Assembly (NCBI GenBank): GCA_963821585.1
Contig: CAWGEI010000003.1
Coordinates: 3,832,407-3,896,406 of the forward strand
Source of the DNA: an uncultured Acidobacteriota bacterium
GTDB taxonomy: Bacteria; Acidobacteriota; Thermoanaerobaculia; Gp7-AA8
Reading direction: 5' to 3'
Length of the DNA: 64,000 bases
Part shown: in pieces, positions 49,362 through 58,661 of the stretch
How the letters are laid out: every line of letters begins with the position of its first letter
How positions within the stretch are numbered: the first letter of the stretch is position 1
The notes under the pieces: generated by a model
The model's database searches: none
Told to the model about the DNA's origin: nothing
What the model saw: only the letters and a program-made list of their open reading frames with translations
Program-made: the position numbers and the translations under genes

Positions 49362-52300
49362 TTACGACTCCACAAGGACCCGGAACTGGCGGGAGGCTAC
49401 GGTGAGCATGGCCAGGTCGACGGTGGGGCTGGCTTTGAATTCGTGCATGGTCTGGTCGAAGCGCTCGACGACGCGGGGGCGTTTGGCGAGCCAGGTGCCG
49501 ACGGGGTCGGCGGCGCCGTTGGACTCGGTGATCACGCGGGAGGCCAGGGTGCTCTGGTACGTGAACAGGTCGTCGACGAGGGCCTGGAGCGCGGACTTCT
49601 GCCAGGGGGTCTCGGCGGCGATGCTGTTGGTGGCGGCGCGCAGGCGGTCGAGGCCGAAGCGCGAGCCGACGCCGAAGTAGACGCGGGCGACTTCTTCGAC
49701 GCCGTGGTCGGCGTCGCGGCGGGAGATGCGGATGATGTCCATGGCGGAGGTCATCACGTCGAGGCTGGCCACGCGCTGCGCCAGCTCCTCGGGGATCCCA
49801 TCCTCCATCAGCTCGGCCTGGCGCACGCGTACGGTGCCGAGCATGGACGACGGGAGGATTTCGGTTAGGTGGTTCTGGATGGCGGCGATGCGCGGGCGGA
49901 ACTCGTTGGTGTAGGCGGCGAGGTCGAGCTTCTCGTAGCCGCTGCGCAGGAGCCAGAGGATGGCGCGCTCGAGGAGGCGCGCGACGGCGACCATCATGTC
50001 GAGCTGCACGCTGGCGGGAAGTTTGTTGTCGAGCGCTTCGATGTCCGACCACACGGTGCGGAGATCGAAGGAGTCGCGCATGATGATGAAGGCGCGCGCA
50101 ACGTCGCTGTACGACTTGTTGGTCTCGTCGCACATCTGCCAGGCGAACGTCGGCCGCACGCGGTTGATCATCGTGTTCGTGACGACGGTGGCGATGATCT
50201 CGCGGCGCAGGCGGTGGCGGTTGATGGCCGGACCGAAGCGGCCGCGCAGCAGTTCGGGGAAGTACAGCGCGAGGTCGTCGACGAGCTGGGCGTCGTCGGG
50301 GAGATCGGACCGGAGCAGGTCTTCGTACAGCACGAGCTTCGCGTACGCGAGCAGCACCGCGATCTCGGGACGGGTGAGGCCGACGCCGCGGGTGTGGCGC
50401 TCGGCGAGCGTCTCGTCGTCGGGGAGTCCTTCGAGGGAGCGATTGAGCTTGCCGGCTTTCTCCAGTCCGCGCATGAAGCGCGCCTGGACGTCGAGCAGCG
50501 CCTCGCCGATGGTCTGCACCACCGAGATCGCCTCGGTCTGCTCGTAGTTGTCGCGCAGCACGAGCTGGGCAACGTCGTCGGTCATCTCGGCGAGGATGGC
50601 GTTGCGCTCCTCGAGATTGGCGAGCTCGCCGTGCTCGATGGCGTCGTACAACGCGATCTTGATGTTGACCTCGTGGTCGGAGGTGTCGACGCCGGCGGAG
50701 TTGTCGATGGCGTCGGTGTTGATCTTTCCGCCCGAGAGCGCGTACTCGATGCGGCCGCGCTGGGTGAAGCCGAGGTTCGCGCCCTCCCCTACCACCCGGA
50801 CGCGCAGCTCCTCGCCGTTCACGCGGATGGCGTCGTTCGCGCGGTCCTTCGCGCTGGCGTGGTCTTCGTGCTCCGCCTTCACGTACGTGCCGATGCCGCC
50901 GAGCCACAGCAGGTCGGCGCGCGCGAGGAGGATGGCGCGCATCAGCTCCGCGGGCGTGACGGTCTTCTTCGGCAGCTCGAAGAGCTCCTGGACGATCGGC
51001 GAGACGGTGAGGCTCTTCGCGCTACGCTCGAACACCGCGCCGCCGGGCGAGAGCAGTTCGGGGTTGTAGCCATTCCAGTTCAGGCGGTTGTCGAACATCC
51101 GCTGGCGCTCGGCGAAGCTCCGCGCGGGATCGGGATTGGGGTCGACGAAGATGTGCGAGTGGTTGAACGCCGCGAGCAGCTTGATGTGCGGCGAGAGGAG
51201 CATGGCGTTGCCGAAGACGTCGCCGGACATGTCGCCGACGCCGACGCAGGTGAAGTCCTCGCTCTGCGTGTCGACGCCGAGCTCGCGGAAGTGGCGCTTG
51301 ACCGCCTCCCAGCCGCCGCGGGCGGTGATGCCCATGCCCTTGTGGTCGTAGCCCGCGGAGCCGCCGGACGCGAAGGCGTCGCCGAGCCAGTGGCCGTAGT
51401 CGGCGGAGATAGCGTTGGCGATGTCGGAGAACGTGGCCGTGCCTTTGTCGGCGGCGACGACGAGATACGGATCGTCCTCGTCGCGGCGCAGGACGTCGCG
51501 CGGCGGCACGATGGTGTCGCCGCGATGGTTGTCGGTGATGTCGAGCATGCCGCGCAGGAGGGTCTTGTACGAGTCGATGCCTTCCTGCTGGAACGCCGCG
51601 CGGTCGGCGGAAGGGTTCTTCACGACGAAGCCGCCCTTCGAGCCCACCGGCACGATGACGACGTTCTTCACCTGCTGGGCCTTCACCAGGCCGAGGATCT
51701 CGGTGCGGAAGTCCTCGCGGCGGTCCGACCAGCGGATGCCGCCGCGCGCGACCTTGCCGAAGCGGAGGTGGATGCCTTCCATCCACGGCGCGTACACGAA
51801 GATCTCGAACATCGGCCGCGGCGACGGGAGGTCCGGCACCGTGCGCGAGTCGAGCTTGAAGGAGACGTAGAGCTTGCTCTCCCCTTCCGCGTCGCGCTGG
51901 AAGTAGTTCGTCCGCAGGGTGGCCTCGATGAGCGCCACGTACAGGCGGAGGATGCGGTCTTCATCCGGGTTCGTGACGCGGTTGAGCGCGTCCTCGATCT
52001 GGGAGCGGATGCCGAGGGCGGCACCCTTGCGGCCCATGCCGACGTCGCCGATCGCCGGATCGAAGTAGTTCTTGAAGAGCTGCAGGATCGAGCGCGTGAT
52101 CGGCGGATGCTTCGCCAGGGTCTGCTGGATGAGCTGCTCGCTGAACGTCGCGCCGATCTGGCGGAGGTACTTCGCGTACGCGCGCAGCACCACGATCTCG
52201 TCCCACTCCAGCTCCGCGCCGAGGACCAGGCGATTGAAGCCGTCGTTCTCGGCCTGGCGCGTCCAGACCCGGAAGAAGGCGCTCTCGAACTTCGCCTTCA

Positions 52301-54188
52301 CCGAGGTGAGATCGTCCGGCATCCCTTCCGCGTCGACGTTGAAGTCGCGGATGCGCACGGTCTGGTTCGCCCCGTGGGGACGGACCTCGTACGGGACCTC
52401 GTCCAGCACCTTGAGCCCCATGTTCTCGAGGCGAGGCATGATCTCGGAGAGCGGCACGGCCGGACCGGCGTGAATGATCTTGCAGTGGACCTGGCGCTGG
52501 TCGGTGATGTGGCGGTAGAGGTCGACGACCAGCTCGTCCGTCGCGAGCACGTGCTCGACGTGGCCGACGTCGTACATCGCGGCGTCGGCGGTGAAGCGCT
52601 CCGCGTATGCCATGGGGAAGGCGCGCTTGTAGCGCTTGTGGAGATCGATGCCGAGCTCCTCGCCCTGCTTGGTGGTCAGCGCGTCGAGGAGGCGGTCGGA
52701 CCAAGTGCGGGCCACGTCGCCGAGCTGGGCTTCGACGCGGCGGATGTCGACGTCGGGGATCTTGCCGGGGGTCGTGCGCACGATGAAGAGCCCGCGCGCG
52801 AGCGCGGAGCCCGTGACGTGGTCGTACACGTGGGTGTCGCGTCCCTGGAACGCTTCCTCGAGGACCAGCTTCGCCTTCTCCTTGAACTCCGGCGTGTAGC
52901 GGTCGCGGGGGACGAAGACGTAGCAGGAGATGAAGCGCTCGAAAACGTCCTTGCGGGTGAAGAGGGCGACGCGCTGGCGCTCCTGCAGCAGGAGGACGCC
53001 GCGCGCGATCTCGAAGAGGTCGGCGTCGGTGATCTGGAAGAACTCGTCGCGCGGGAAGGTCTCCAGGATGTCGACCAGGGCCTTGCCGTTGTGCGAGCTG
53101 GGATCGAGGCCGGCGCGGTCGAGCACGCGCTTCGCCTTCAGGCGCAGCATCGGGATCTCGAACACACTGCGGCTGTACGCGGCGGAGGTGAAGAGGCCGA
53201 GGAAACGGTCCTCGAAGATCAGGTTGCCGCCGTCGTCGTAGCGCTTGATGCCGATGCGATCCATGGGCACCGGCTTATGAACGACACTGCGGTTGTTGGC
53301 CTTCGTGACGATGATCAGGTCTTTCGTCCGCGCGTAGGCGCTCTGCTCCGGCGAGAGCGCTTCCTTCGCGCGCTCGACCGATTCCGGGCGGATGTCCCGG
53401 AGGATGCCCAGGCCGGTTTCCGTGACCGGTCCAAGGTAGTCGCGGTCCCCGTGCGTGTCGAACGCGTAGCGGCGATGGCCGAGGAAGATGAAATTGCCGT
53501 CGTCCAGCCACCGCAGGAACTCCTTCGCCTCGGTCACTTCCTCCGGCGGCATCGGCAGTTTGGCGGTCTCCAGGTCTGCGGTGTCTTCCCGGAGCCGCGC
53601 GCGCATGGAGCGCCAATCCTGCACGGCCAGCCGGACGGTCCGGAGGGTGCTCTCGAGCGACGTCCGGATCGCCTCGAGCTCCGCGGGCTCGGTCTCCTGG
53701 TCGATCTCGACGTGCATGTACGACTCGACGATGGCTTCGGGAGGGGCGTGCTGGGTGTCGGTGATCTCGACGCGCTTGCCGCCGGAGTCGCGGACGGTGC
53801 GGATGACCGGGTGGAGGAGGAGGTGGATCTTGCGGTCGCGGCGGTGGATCTCGGCGCTGACGGAGTCGACGAGGAACGGCATGTCGTCGTTGACGATCTC
53901 GACGACGGTGTGCTCGAGACCCCAGCCGTTCTTTTCGGGTGTCGGGTTGAAGAGGCGGACGGTGGGCACGCCGGGCGTGCGCTGCGCACCGAGCTCCCAG
54001 AGGGACAGCGCGGCGCCGAGGAGAGTGTCGACGTTGGTGTAGATCACGTCATCCGGGGCGACGTGGGCGAAGTAGCGGCGCACGAAGTGCTCGACGCTCT
54101 CGGTCTGGTCGGGGTTCACGCGGCGGCGAGCCTCGGCCACCAGCCGGTCGACGAGGTCGACCAGGCGTTCTTCAGCTGTCATCGTCAT
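49362..54188 (-). CDS. gdh: NAD-specific glutamate dehydrogenase, large (about 180 kDa) bacterial GDH family
   Basis: 1608-aa uninterrupted ORF with the architecture of the large bacterial NAD-GDH family, including a Glu/Leu/Phe/Val dehydrogenase catalytic core in the middle. The long antisense ORFs opposite it are spurious. Confidence 0.9.
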   Translation of the reverse strand: MTMTAEERLVDLVDRLVAEARRRVNPDQTESVEHFVRRYFAHVAPDDVIYTNVDTLLGAALSLWELGAQRTPGVPTVRLFNPTPEKNGWGLEHTVVEIVNDDMPFLVDSVSAEIHRRDRKIHLLLHPVIRTVRDSGGKRVEITDTQHAPPEAIVESYMHVEIDQETEPAELEAIRTSLESTLRTVRLAVQDWRSMRARLREDTADLETAKLPMPPEEVTEAKEFLRWLDDGNFIFLGHRRYAFDTHGDRDYLGPVTETGLGILRDIRPESVERAKEALSPEQSAYARTKDLIIVTKANNRSVVHKPVPMDRIGIKRYDDGGNLIFEDRFLGLFTSAAYSRSVFEIPMLRLKAKRVLDRAGLDPSSHNGKALVDILETFPRDEFFQITDADLFEIARGVLLLQERQRVALFTRKDVFERFISCYVFVPRDRYTPEFKEKAKLVLEEAFQGRDTHVYDHVTGSALARGLFIVRTTPGKIPDVDIRRVEAQLGDVARTWSDRLLDALTTKQGEELGIDLHKRYKRAFPMAYAERFTADAAMYDVGHVEHVLATDELVVDLYRHITDQRQVHCKIIHAGPAVPLSEIMPRLENMGLKVLDEVPYEVRPHGANQTVRIRDFNVDAEGMPDDLTSVKAKFESAFFRVWTRQAENDGFNRLVLGAELEWDEIVVLRAYAKYLRQIGATFSEQLIQQTLAKHPPITRSILQLFKNYFDPAIGDVGMGRKGAALGIRSQIEDALNRVTNPDEDRILRLYVALIEATLRTNYFQRDAEGESKLYVSFKLDSRTVPDLPSPRPMFEIFVYAPWMEGIHLRFGKVARGGIRWSDRREDFRTEILGLVKAQQVKNVVIVPVGSKGGFVVKNPSADRAAFQQEGIDSYKTLLRGMLDITDNHRGDTIVPPRDVLRRDEDDPYLVVAADKGTATFSDIANAISADYGHWLGDAFASGGSAGYDHKGMGITARGGWEAVKRHFRELGVDTQSEDFTCVGVGDMSGDVFGNAMLLSPHIKLLAAFNHSHIFVDPNPDPARSFAERQRMFDNRLNWNGYNPELLSPGGAVFERSAKSLTVSPIVQELFELPKKTVTPAELMRAILLARADLLWLGGIGTYVKAEHEDHASAKDRANDAIRVNGEELRVRVVGEGANLGFTQRGRIEYALSGGKINTDAIDNSAGVDTSDHEVNIKIALYDAIEHGELANLEERNAILAEMTDDVAQLVLRDNYEQTEAISVVQTIGEALLDVQARFMRGLEKAGKLNRSLEGLPDDETLAERHTRGVGLTRPEIAVLLAYAKLVLYEDLLRSDLPDDAQLVDDLALYFPELLRGRFGPAINRHRLRREIIATVVTNTMINRVRPTFAWQMCDETNKSYSDVARAFIIMRDSFDLRTVWSDIEALDNKLPASVQLDMMVAVARLLERAILWLLRSGYEKLDLAAYTNEFRPRIAAIQNHLTEILPSSMLGTVRVRQAELMEDGIPEELAQRVASLDVMTSAMDIIRISRRDADHGVEEVARVYFGVGSRFGLDRLRAATNSIAAETPWQKSALQALVDDLFTYQSTLASRVITESNGAADPVGTWLAKRPRVVERFDQTMHEFKASPTVDLAMLTVASRQFRVLVES

Positions 54189-54285
54189 TCGGGTCTCTCC
54201 AGCCTAATGCGCGCCGTCAGGCGCTTTCGTCTACGTCGGCGGGTGAATATCACACTTCATCACGGATACAATCGCCGCGGGCCTC

Positions 54286-55065
54286 ATGCTTCCATTCGAG
54301 TCGCAGGTTGTGGAGATCTATGAGGATCTTCACCGGATTGCCCCCGGCGCGCTCGACCAGTTCCAGAGCCTGCCGTCCGCGAATCAGTATCGCAGGCTCT
54401 ACGAGCTGACCGCCGCTCATGTCCCGTCCGGACCGGGGGTGTCCGTGCTGGACTGGGGATGCGGCCGCGGGCATTTCACCTACTACCTCCTGCGCCGCGG
54501 ATACCGCGTGACGGCGTATTCGCTCGAGGACGCTCCGGAGCTGTTCGCGCGATTGCCGGCCGAGGAGCGGGAGCGGCTCACGTTTGTGCGCGGCGGCGAT
54601 CCCGCGGGCTTGCCGTTCGCGGACGGGAGCTTCGACGCCGTGTTCAGCGTGGGCGTGCTGGAGCACGTGCGCGAGCTGGGCGGCACGGAGCTGGAGAGCC
54701 TGATCGAGATCCGGCGCGTCCTGCGTCCGGACGGTCTCGTGCTCGTCTATCACCTCCCCAACCGGTTCAGTTCCATCGAGGCGCTGACCCGGATGATCTA
54801 CCGGCGGCACGACCCGCGGGAGGGATTCCGGTTTCACCAGTACCGCTTCACGGCCGCCGAGATCTCGCGGCTCACGGAGGCCGCGGGGCTTCGCCTGCGC
54901 GCGATCGGCCGGTACGGGTTTCTCCCGCGGAACTCGCTGAGCCGCCTTCCCGCATTCGCACGGGAGAGCCGGCGCGTCGCGTCGTGGATCAACGTCGCCG
55001 ACCTGGTGCTCGAGCGCGCGTTCTCGCCCGTCACCCAGAACTACTTTTTCGTCGCGGCCCGCTGA
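54286..55065 (+). CDS. class I SAM-dependent methyltransferase
   Basis: SAM motif I VLDWGCGRGHF, post-I acidic residue and motif IV FDAVFSVGVLEH. Confidence 0.8.
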   Translation: MLPFESQVVEIYEDLHRIAPGALDQFQSLPSANQYRRLYELTAAHVPSGPGVSVLDWGCGRGHFTYYLLRRGYRVTAYSLEDAPELFARLPAEERERLTFVRGGDPAGLPFADGSFDAVFSVGVLEHVRELGGTELESLIEIRRVLRPDGLVLVYHLPNRFSSIEALTRMIYRRHDPREGFRFHQYRFTAAEISRLTEAAGLRLRAIGRYGFLPRNSLSRLPAFARESRRVASWINVADLVLERAFSPVTQNYFFVAAR

Positions 55066-56516
55066 AATGGCGCGAGCTTGATCTCGAAGTAGTGGCGGCG
55101 GGCGATGTTCCAGAGATTGCCGCGCTCGCGGCGGAACATCCTGCCGGTCTCGGGCGTCGTCGTGACCTCCGCCAGCAGCCAGGCGTCTTTCGCGTCGTCC
55201 GGAGGCAGGGCGCGATCGTCGGGGACGTGGGTGTATCGCACGCCGGGAGCCTCGAGATCGAGAAAGACCAGCATCGTCTGGTCGACGAAGAGTTGTTTGC
55301 CCTCGCGCTGCACGAGCTCGGCCGCCGCCCGCGCGGCCAGTATGGACGGCGCGACCTCGTTGCGCACCGCCGTCAGCGCGGGGAAGGTGTAGACGAAAAA
55401 CGCCGCGACCATGGCCGCGGAGAGCATCCATTCGCGTTTCTTCGCCACGCGCGCGATGCCGTCGGCGAGAAAGAGCGCGAACATCGGCTGGTAGCCGATC
55501 GAGAAACGGCTGATGCTGTAGCGGTCGAGCATGAGCCAGGCGAAGACCGCGAACGGGGCAAAGGTCATCGCGTTCCAGAATAGCGAACGGTTGCGCTCGC
55601 GGAAGGCGCCGGCGATGGAGACGGCGACAAAGATCGAGGCGATGAAGCTGAGGACCGGCGCCTGGTACTGCTTGACGAAGAAGCGGTCGGCGATGCGCCA
55701 GAGCGGCGGACGGTCTTCGCTGCGGAAGGAGTCGACGCGGGCGATGTACTCGCCGTGCTTGCGGACCATGTGCTGGTACTCGTCCAGCGAGCCGGTCGCG
55801 TAGATCGCGCCGCCGAAGGCGGCACCGACGACCACGACGCCGATCAGCAACGCGACGAGGACCTCCCACCAGCGCCGCCGGCGCGTGGCGAGGAATCCGG
55901 GGACGAGTCCGATGAGGAGGTTCTGCGGACGGATGCCGATCGCCAGGGCGAGGAGCAGGGTGCCGAGCCAGTAGGCATATGTGGGAAACGTAGGGCGTGG
56001 CTTCAGCCCGCCCGCCCCCGGGGGAGGCGGGCTGAAGCCACGCCCTACGTTTCGCGCGCTTTTCAGCAGGAACGTGACCGCGAAGAGGACGAGGACGATC
56101 GACGGGATGTCGCTGAACGCGCCACCGCCGAAGAACCAGACGTTCGGGAAGAACGCGAAGAGCGCCGCGGCGGAGACGCAGGTCGCGAAGCGCAGGCGGA
56201 GCTCGCGGGCGAAGACGAAGACCGCCACGAACACGAGCATCGCGGCGATCACGTTGATGGTCTGCAGCGCGCGGAAGTCGTCGGGGACGACGAAGCGCAC
56301 CAGGCGCGCCAGGGCGATGAACACGGGGAAGCCCGGCGGATGCGGATGGTGCATGCGCACGTCGTAGTCGCGCATGGCCATCGTGAAGAGGGCTTCGTCC
56401 CACTCCCAGACGGTGCGGGCCACGGCCAGGAAGCGCGTCCCGGCACAGACGAGCGCGACGATCAGGAAGATCGTCCGCTGGCGCGGCGTGAGAGGCTCGG
56501 GTGGGCTGCTGAACAC
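55041..56516 (-). CDS. GT39/ArnT-PMT-like membrane glycosyltransferase carrying an apparent in-frame family-B element insertion
   Basis: Polytopic (about 11 TM segments) PMT_2-like protein. Codons for NVGRGFSPPPPGAGGLKPRPTF (55988-56050) are the family-B palindrome, translated in-frame within a loop. Confidence 0.65.
   Translation of the reverse strand: MFSSPPEPLTPRQRTIFLIVALVCAGTRFLAVARTVWEWDEALFTMAMRDYDVRMHHPHPPGFPVFIALARLVRFVVPDDFRALQTINVIAAMLVFVAVFVFARELRLRFATCVSAAALFAFFPNVWFFGGGAFSDIPSIVLVLFAVTFLLKSARNVGRGFSPPPPGAGGLKPRPTFPTYAYWLGTLLLALAIGIRPQNLLIGLVPGFLATRRRRWWEVLVALLIGVVVVGAAFGGAIYATGSLDEYQHMVRKHGEYIARVDSFRSEDRPPLWRIADRFFVKQYQAPVLSFIASIFVAVSIAGAFRERNRSLFWNAMTFAPFAVFAWLMLDRYSISRFSIGYQPMFALFLADGIARVAKKREWMLSAAMVAAFFVYTFPALTAVRNEVAPSILAARAAAELVQREGKQLFVDQTMLVFLDLEAPGVRYTHVPDDRALPPDDAKDAWLLAEVTTTPETGRMFRRERGNLWNIARRHYFEIKLAPFQRAATKK
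55988..56050. repeat. palindromic stem-loop element, family B (copy 4), located inside a coding sequence
   Basis: acgtagggcgtggcttcagcccgcc-cgcccccgggggag-gcgggctgaagccacgccctacgt. 63 bp equals 21 codons with no stop in the gene frame. Confidence 0.8.
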
Positions 56517-56522
56517 CTCGCG

Positions 56523-58661
56523 CTACGAACGCGTGTACGTCTGATAGAACTTCCCGTCGTGCGCGGCGAGGCGCTTGAGGGGCTCGTTCGGACGGAAGCG
56601 GGGGCCGATGCTCGACGAGAGCTCGTCGAGCCGCGAGACGATGTACGGGACCCCCAGGGCGTCGGCGTAGCGCAGCAGCCCGCCGCGGAACGGCGGGAAG
56701 CCCGTGCCCATGATCATGGCCAGATCGAGCTCGCCGGCCGAGGCGACGATCTTCTCGTCGAGGATCAGCGAGGCCTCGTTGATCATCGCCAGCACCATGC
56801 GCTCGACGACCGCCTTCGCGTCCGCTTCCTTCGGCGACCGGATGCCGAGGACTTTGTACACCGAGCTGTCGGGCCCTTTGCGCTTGCCGTCCTCGTAGAC
56901 GTACAGGCCCTTGCCGTTCTTCTTGCCGTGGCGCCCGTCGGCGTACAGCTTCTCCACCACCGTCGATTTCTGCATCCGCGCCCCGAACGCCTCGATCAGG
57001 ATGCCGGCGACCTTGGTGGCGACGTCGATGCCGACTTCGTCGAGCAGCGCCATCGGCCCCATGGGCATGCCGAAGTCGACCATGGCCTTGTCGAGCGACT
57101 CGATGGAGTTGCCTTCCTCGAGAAGGAAGCCCGACTCGTTCATGTACGGCCCGAGGATGCGGTTCACGACGAAGCCGGGGCCGTCGTTGCAGTAGACGAC
57201 CGTCTTGCCCAGCCTCCGCGCGAGGGCGGCGGTGGTGACCATCGCGATGTCCGAGGTCTTCTGGCCGCGGATGATCTCCACGAGGGGCATGCGGTCGACG
57301 GGATTGAAGAAGTGCATCCCGACCACGTTCTCCGGCCGCTTCGCCTCGGCCGCGATCTGCGTGATCGGAATCGTGGACGTGTTCGTGGCGAAGATGGCGT
57401 CGGGCCTGGCGAGCGCTTCGAACTCGGCGAGCACCTGGCGCTTGATGGGGATGCTCTCGACGACGGCTTCGATGACGACGTCCGCGCGCTGGAAGCCGCT
57501 CCAGTCGGTGGCGCCGGTGATGCGCGCGAGCTTGCGGGCCATCTCGCCGCGGGTCATGCTGCGGCGATCGACTTTGCGCCGCCACACTTTCGCGGCGGCC
57601 TTCATGCCGCCGCCGATGGCCTTCCAGTTGATGTCGCGCATGCGCACTTCGGCGTCGGTCTTGTCCGCGACGACCTGGGCGATGCCGCCACCCATGATGC
57701 CGGCGCCGAGGACACCGACGTACGAGACGTCGCGCGGCTTCGCGGCATAGGGGTCTTTCTTCGACTCTTCCATGAGGAAGAAGAGCTGCACGAGGTTCTT
57801 CGCAACGTCGTTGCTCACCAGCGACGCGGCCTCCTCGGCCTCGCGCTGCATGCCGCGCTCGACGCCCGCGGACATGGCGTACTCCATCACCTCGATCGCC
57901 TTCAGCGGCGCGGGGTAATGGCCTTTCGTCTGTTCGAGCACGGCTTTGCGGGCCTTGCTGAAGACGACGTTGCGCGCGATCGGGTTGCCTTCCAGGTAGA
58001 ACCTGGTGCGCGTGCCGCCACGGCGCTTGCCGCGATCGGCGAACTTCTTCGCCACCTGCAGCACGATCCCCGACTCCACGACTTCGTCGACGAGACCGGC
58101 ACGCTTCGCGCGCTTTCCGTCGAGCGCTCTGCCGTTGAGGATGATGTCGAGCGCCGCGGGCAGGCCGATGAGGCGCGGGAGCTTGCTGGTGCCGCCCCAC
58201 GCGGGAAAGATGCCGAGCTTCACCTCAGGGAGACCGATCTGCGCCTTCGGGGAATCGGACATCACGCGCCAGTCGCAGCTCAGCGCGAGCTCGCAGCCGC
58301 CGCCGAGGCAGACGCCGTCGATCGCGGCGACGGTGGTCTGCTTCAGCTTCGCCAACTTGGTGAAGACCTGCTGCCCCAGTGTCACGTACTGCTTCGCGCC
58401 CTCGACGCCCGTCACGGTCGTGAACTCCTGGATGTCCGCGCCGGCGATGAAGATGCCACGCTTGCGCGAGGCGATGATCAGCTTCTTCGCGTCGCTCGCG
58501 GCGACCGCGTCGAGCACGGAAGAGAGCTCGAGCAGCGTCGCGGACGACATCTTGTTCACCTTCTCGCCGGGGAGATCGAACCAGAGGATCGCCAGGTCGC
58601 CGTCGCGCTCGATGGAGAACGCGGAGGCGGAGGACACGGGGGCGGGTGCAGCAGAGGTCAT
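56523..58661 (-). CDS. fatty-acid oxidation complex alpha subunit (enoyl-CoA hydratase / 3-hydroxyacyl-CoA dehydrogenase fusion, FadB/FadJ-like)
   Basis: Crotonase fold (GIFIAGADI...GGGCELAL), then 3HCDH NAD-binding GVLGAGIMGGGIA and a C-terminal domain. ATGA overlap with fadD. Confidence 0.85.
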   Translation of the reverse strand: MTSAAPAPVSSASAFSIERDGDLAILWFDLPGEKVNKMSSATLLELSSVLDAVAASDAKKLIIASRKRGIFIAGADIQEFTTVTGVEGAKQYVTLGQQVFTKLAKLKQTTVAAIDGVCLGGGCELALSCDWRVMSDSPKAQIGLPEVKLGIFPAWGGTSKLPRLIGLPAALDIILNGRALDGKRAKRAGLVDEVVESGIVLQVAKKFADRGKRRGGTRTRFYLEGNPIARNVVFSKARKAVLEQTKGHYPAPLKAIEVMEYAMSAGVERGMQREAEEAASLVSNDVAKNLVQLFFLMEESKKDPYAAKPRDVSYVGVLGAGIMGGGIAQVVADKTDAEVRMRDINWKAIGGGMKAAAKVWRRKVDRRSMTRGEMARKLARITGATDWSGFQRADVVIEAVVESIPIKRQVLAEFEALARPDAIFATNTSTIPITQIAAEAKRPENVVGMHFFNPVDRMPLVEIIRGQKTSDIAMVTTAALARRLGKTVVYCNDGPGFVVNRILGPYMNESGFLLEEGNSIESLDKAMVDFGMPMGPMALLDEVGIDVATKVAGILIEAFGARMQKSTVVEKLYADGRHGKKNGKGLYVYEDGKRKGPDSSVYKVLGIRSPKEADAKAVVERMVLAMINEASLILDEKIVASAGELDLAMIMGTGFPPFRGGLLRYADALGVPYIVSRLDELSSSIGPRFRPNEPLKRLAAHDGKFYQTYTRS

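Noticed and set aside
49869-54323. 1484-aa plus-strand ORF, plus 49345..50907 and others, antisense to the glutamate dehydrogenase gene
   Set aside because: Arg/Gly/Asp-rich low-complexity translation lying entirely antisense to a well-supported 1608-aa gdh gene. This is the classic GC-driven spurious antisense ORF of NAD-GDH.
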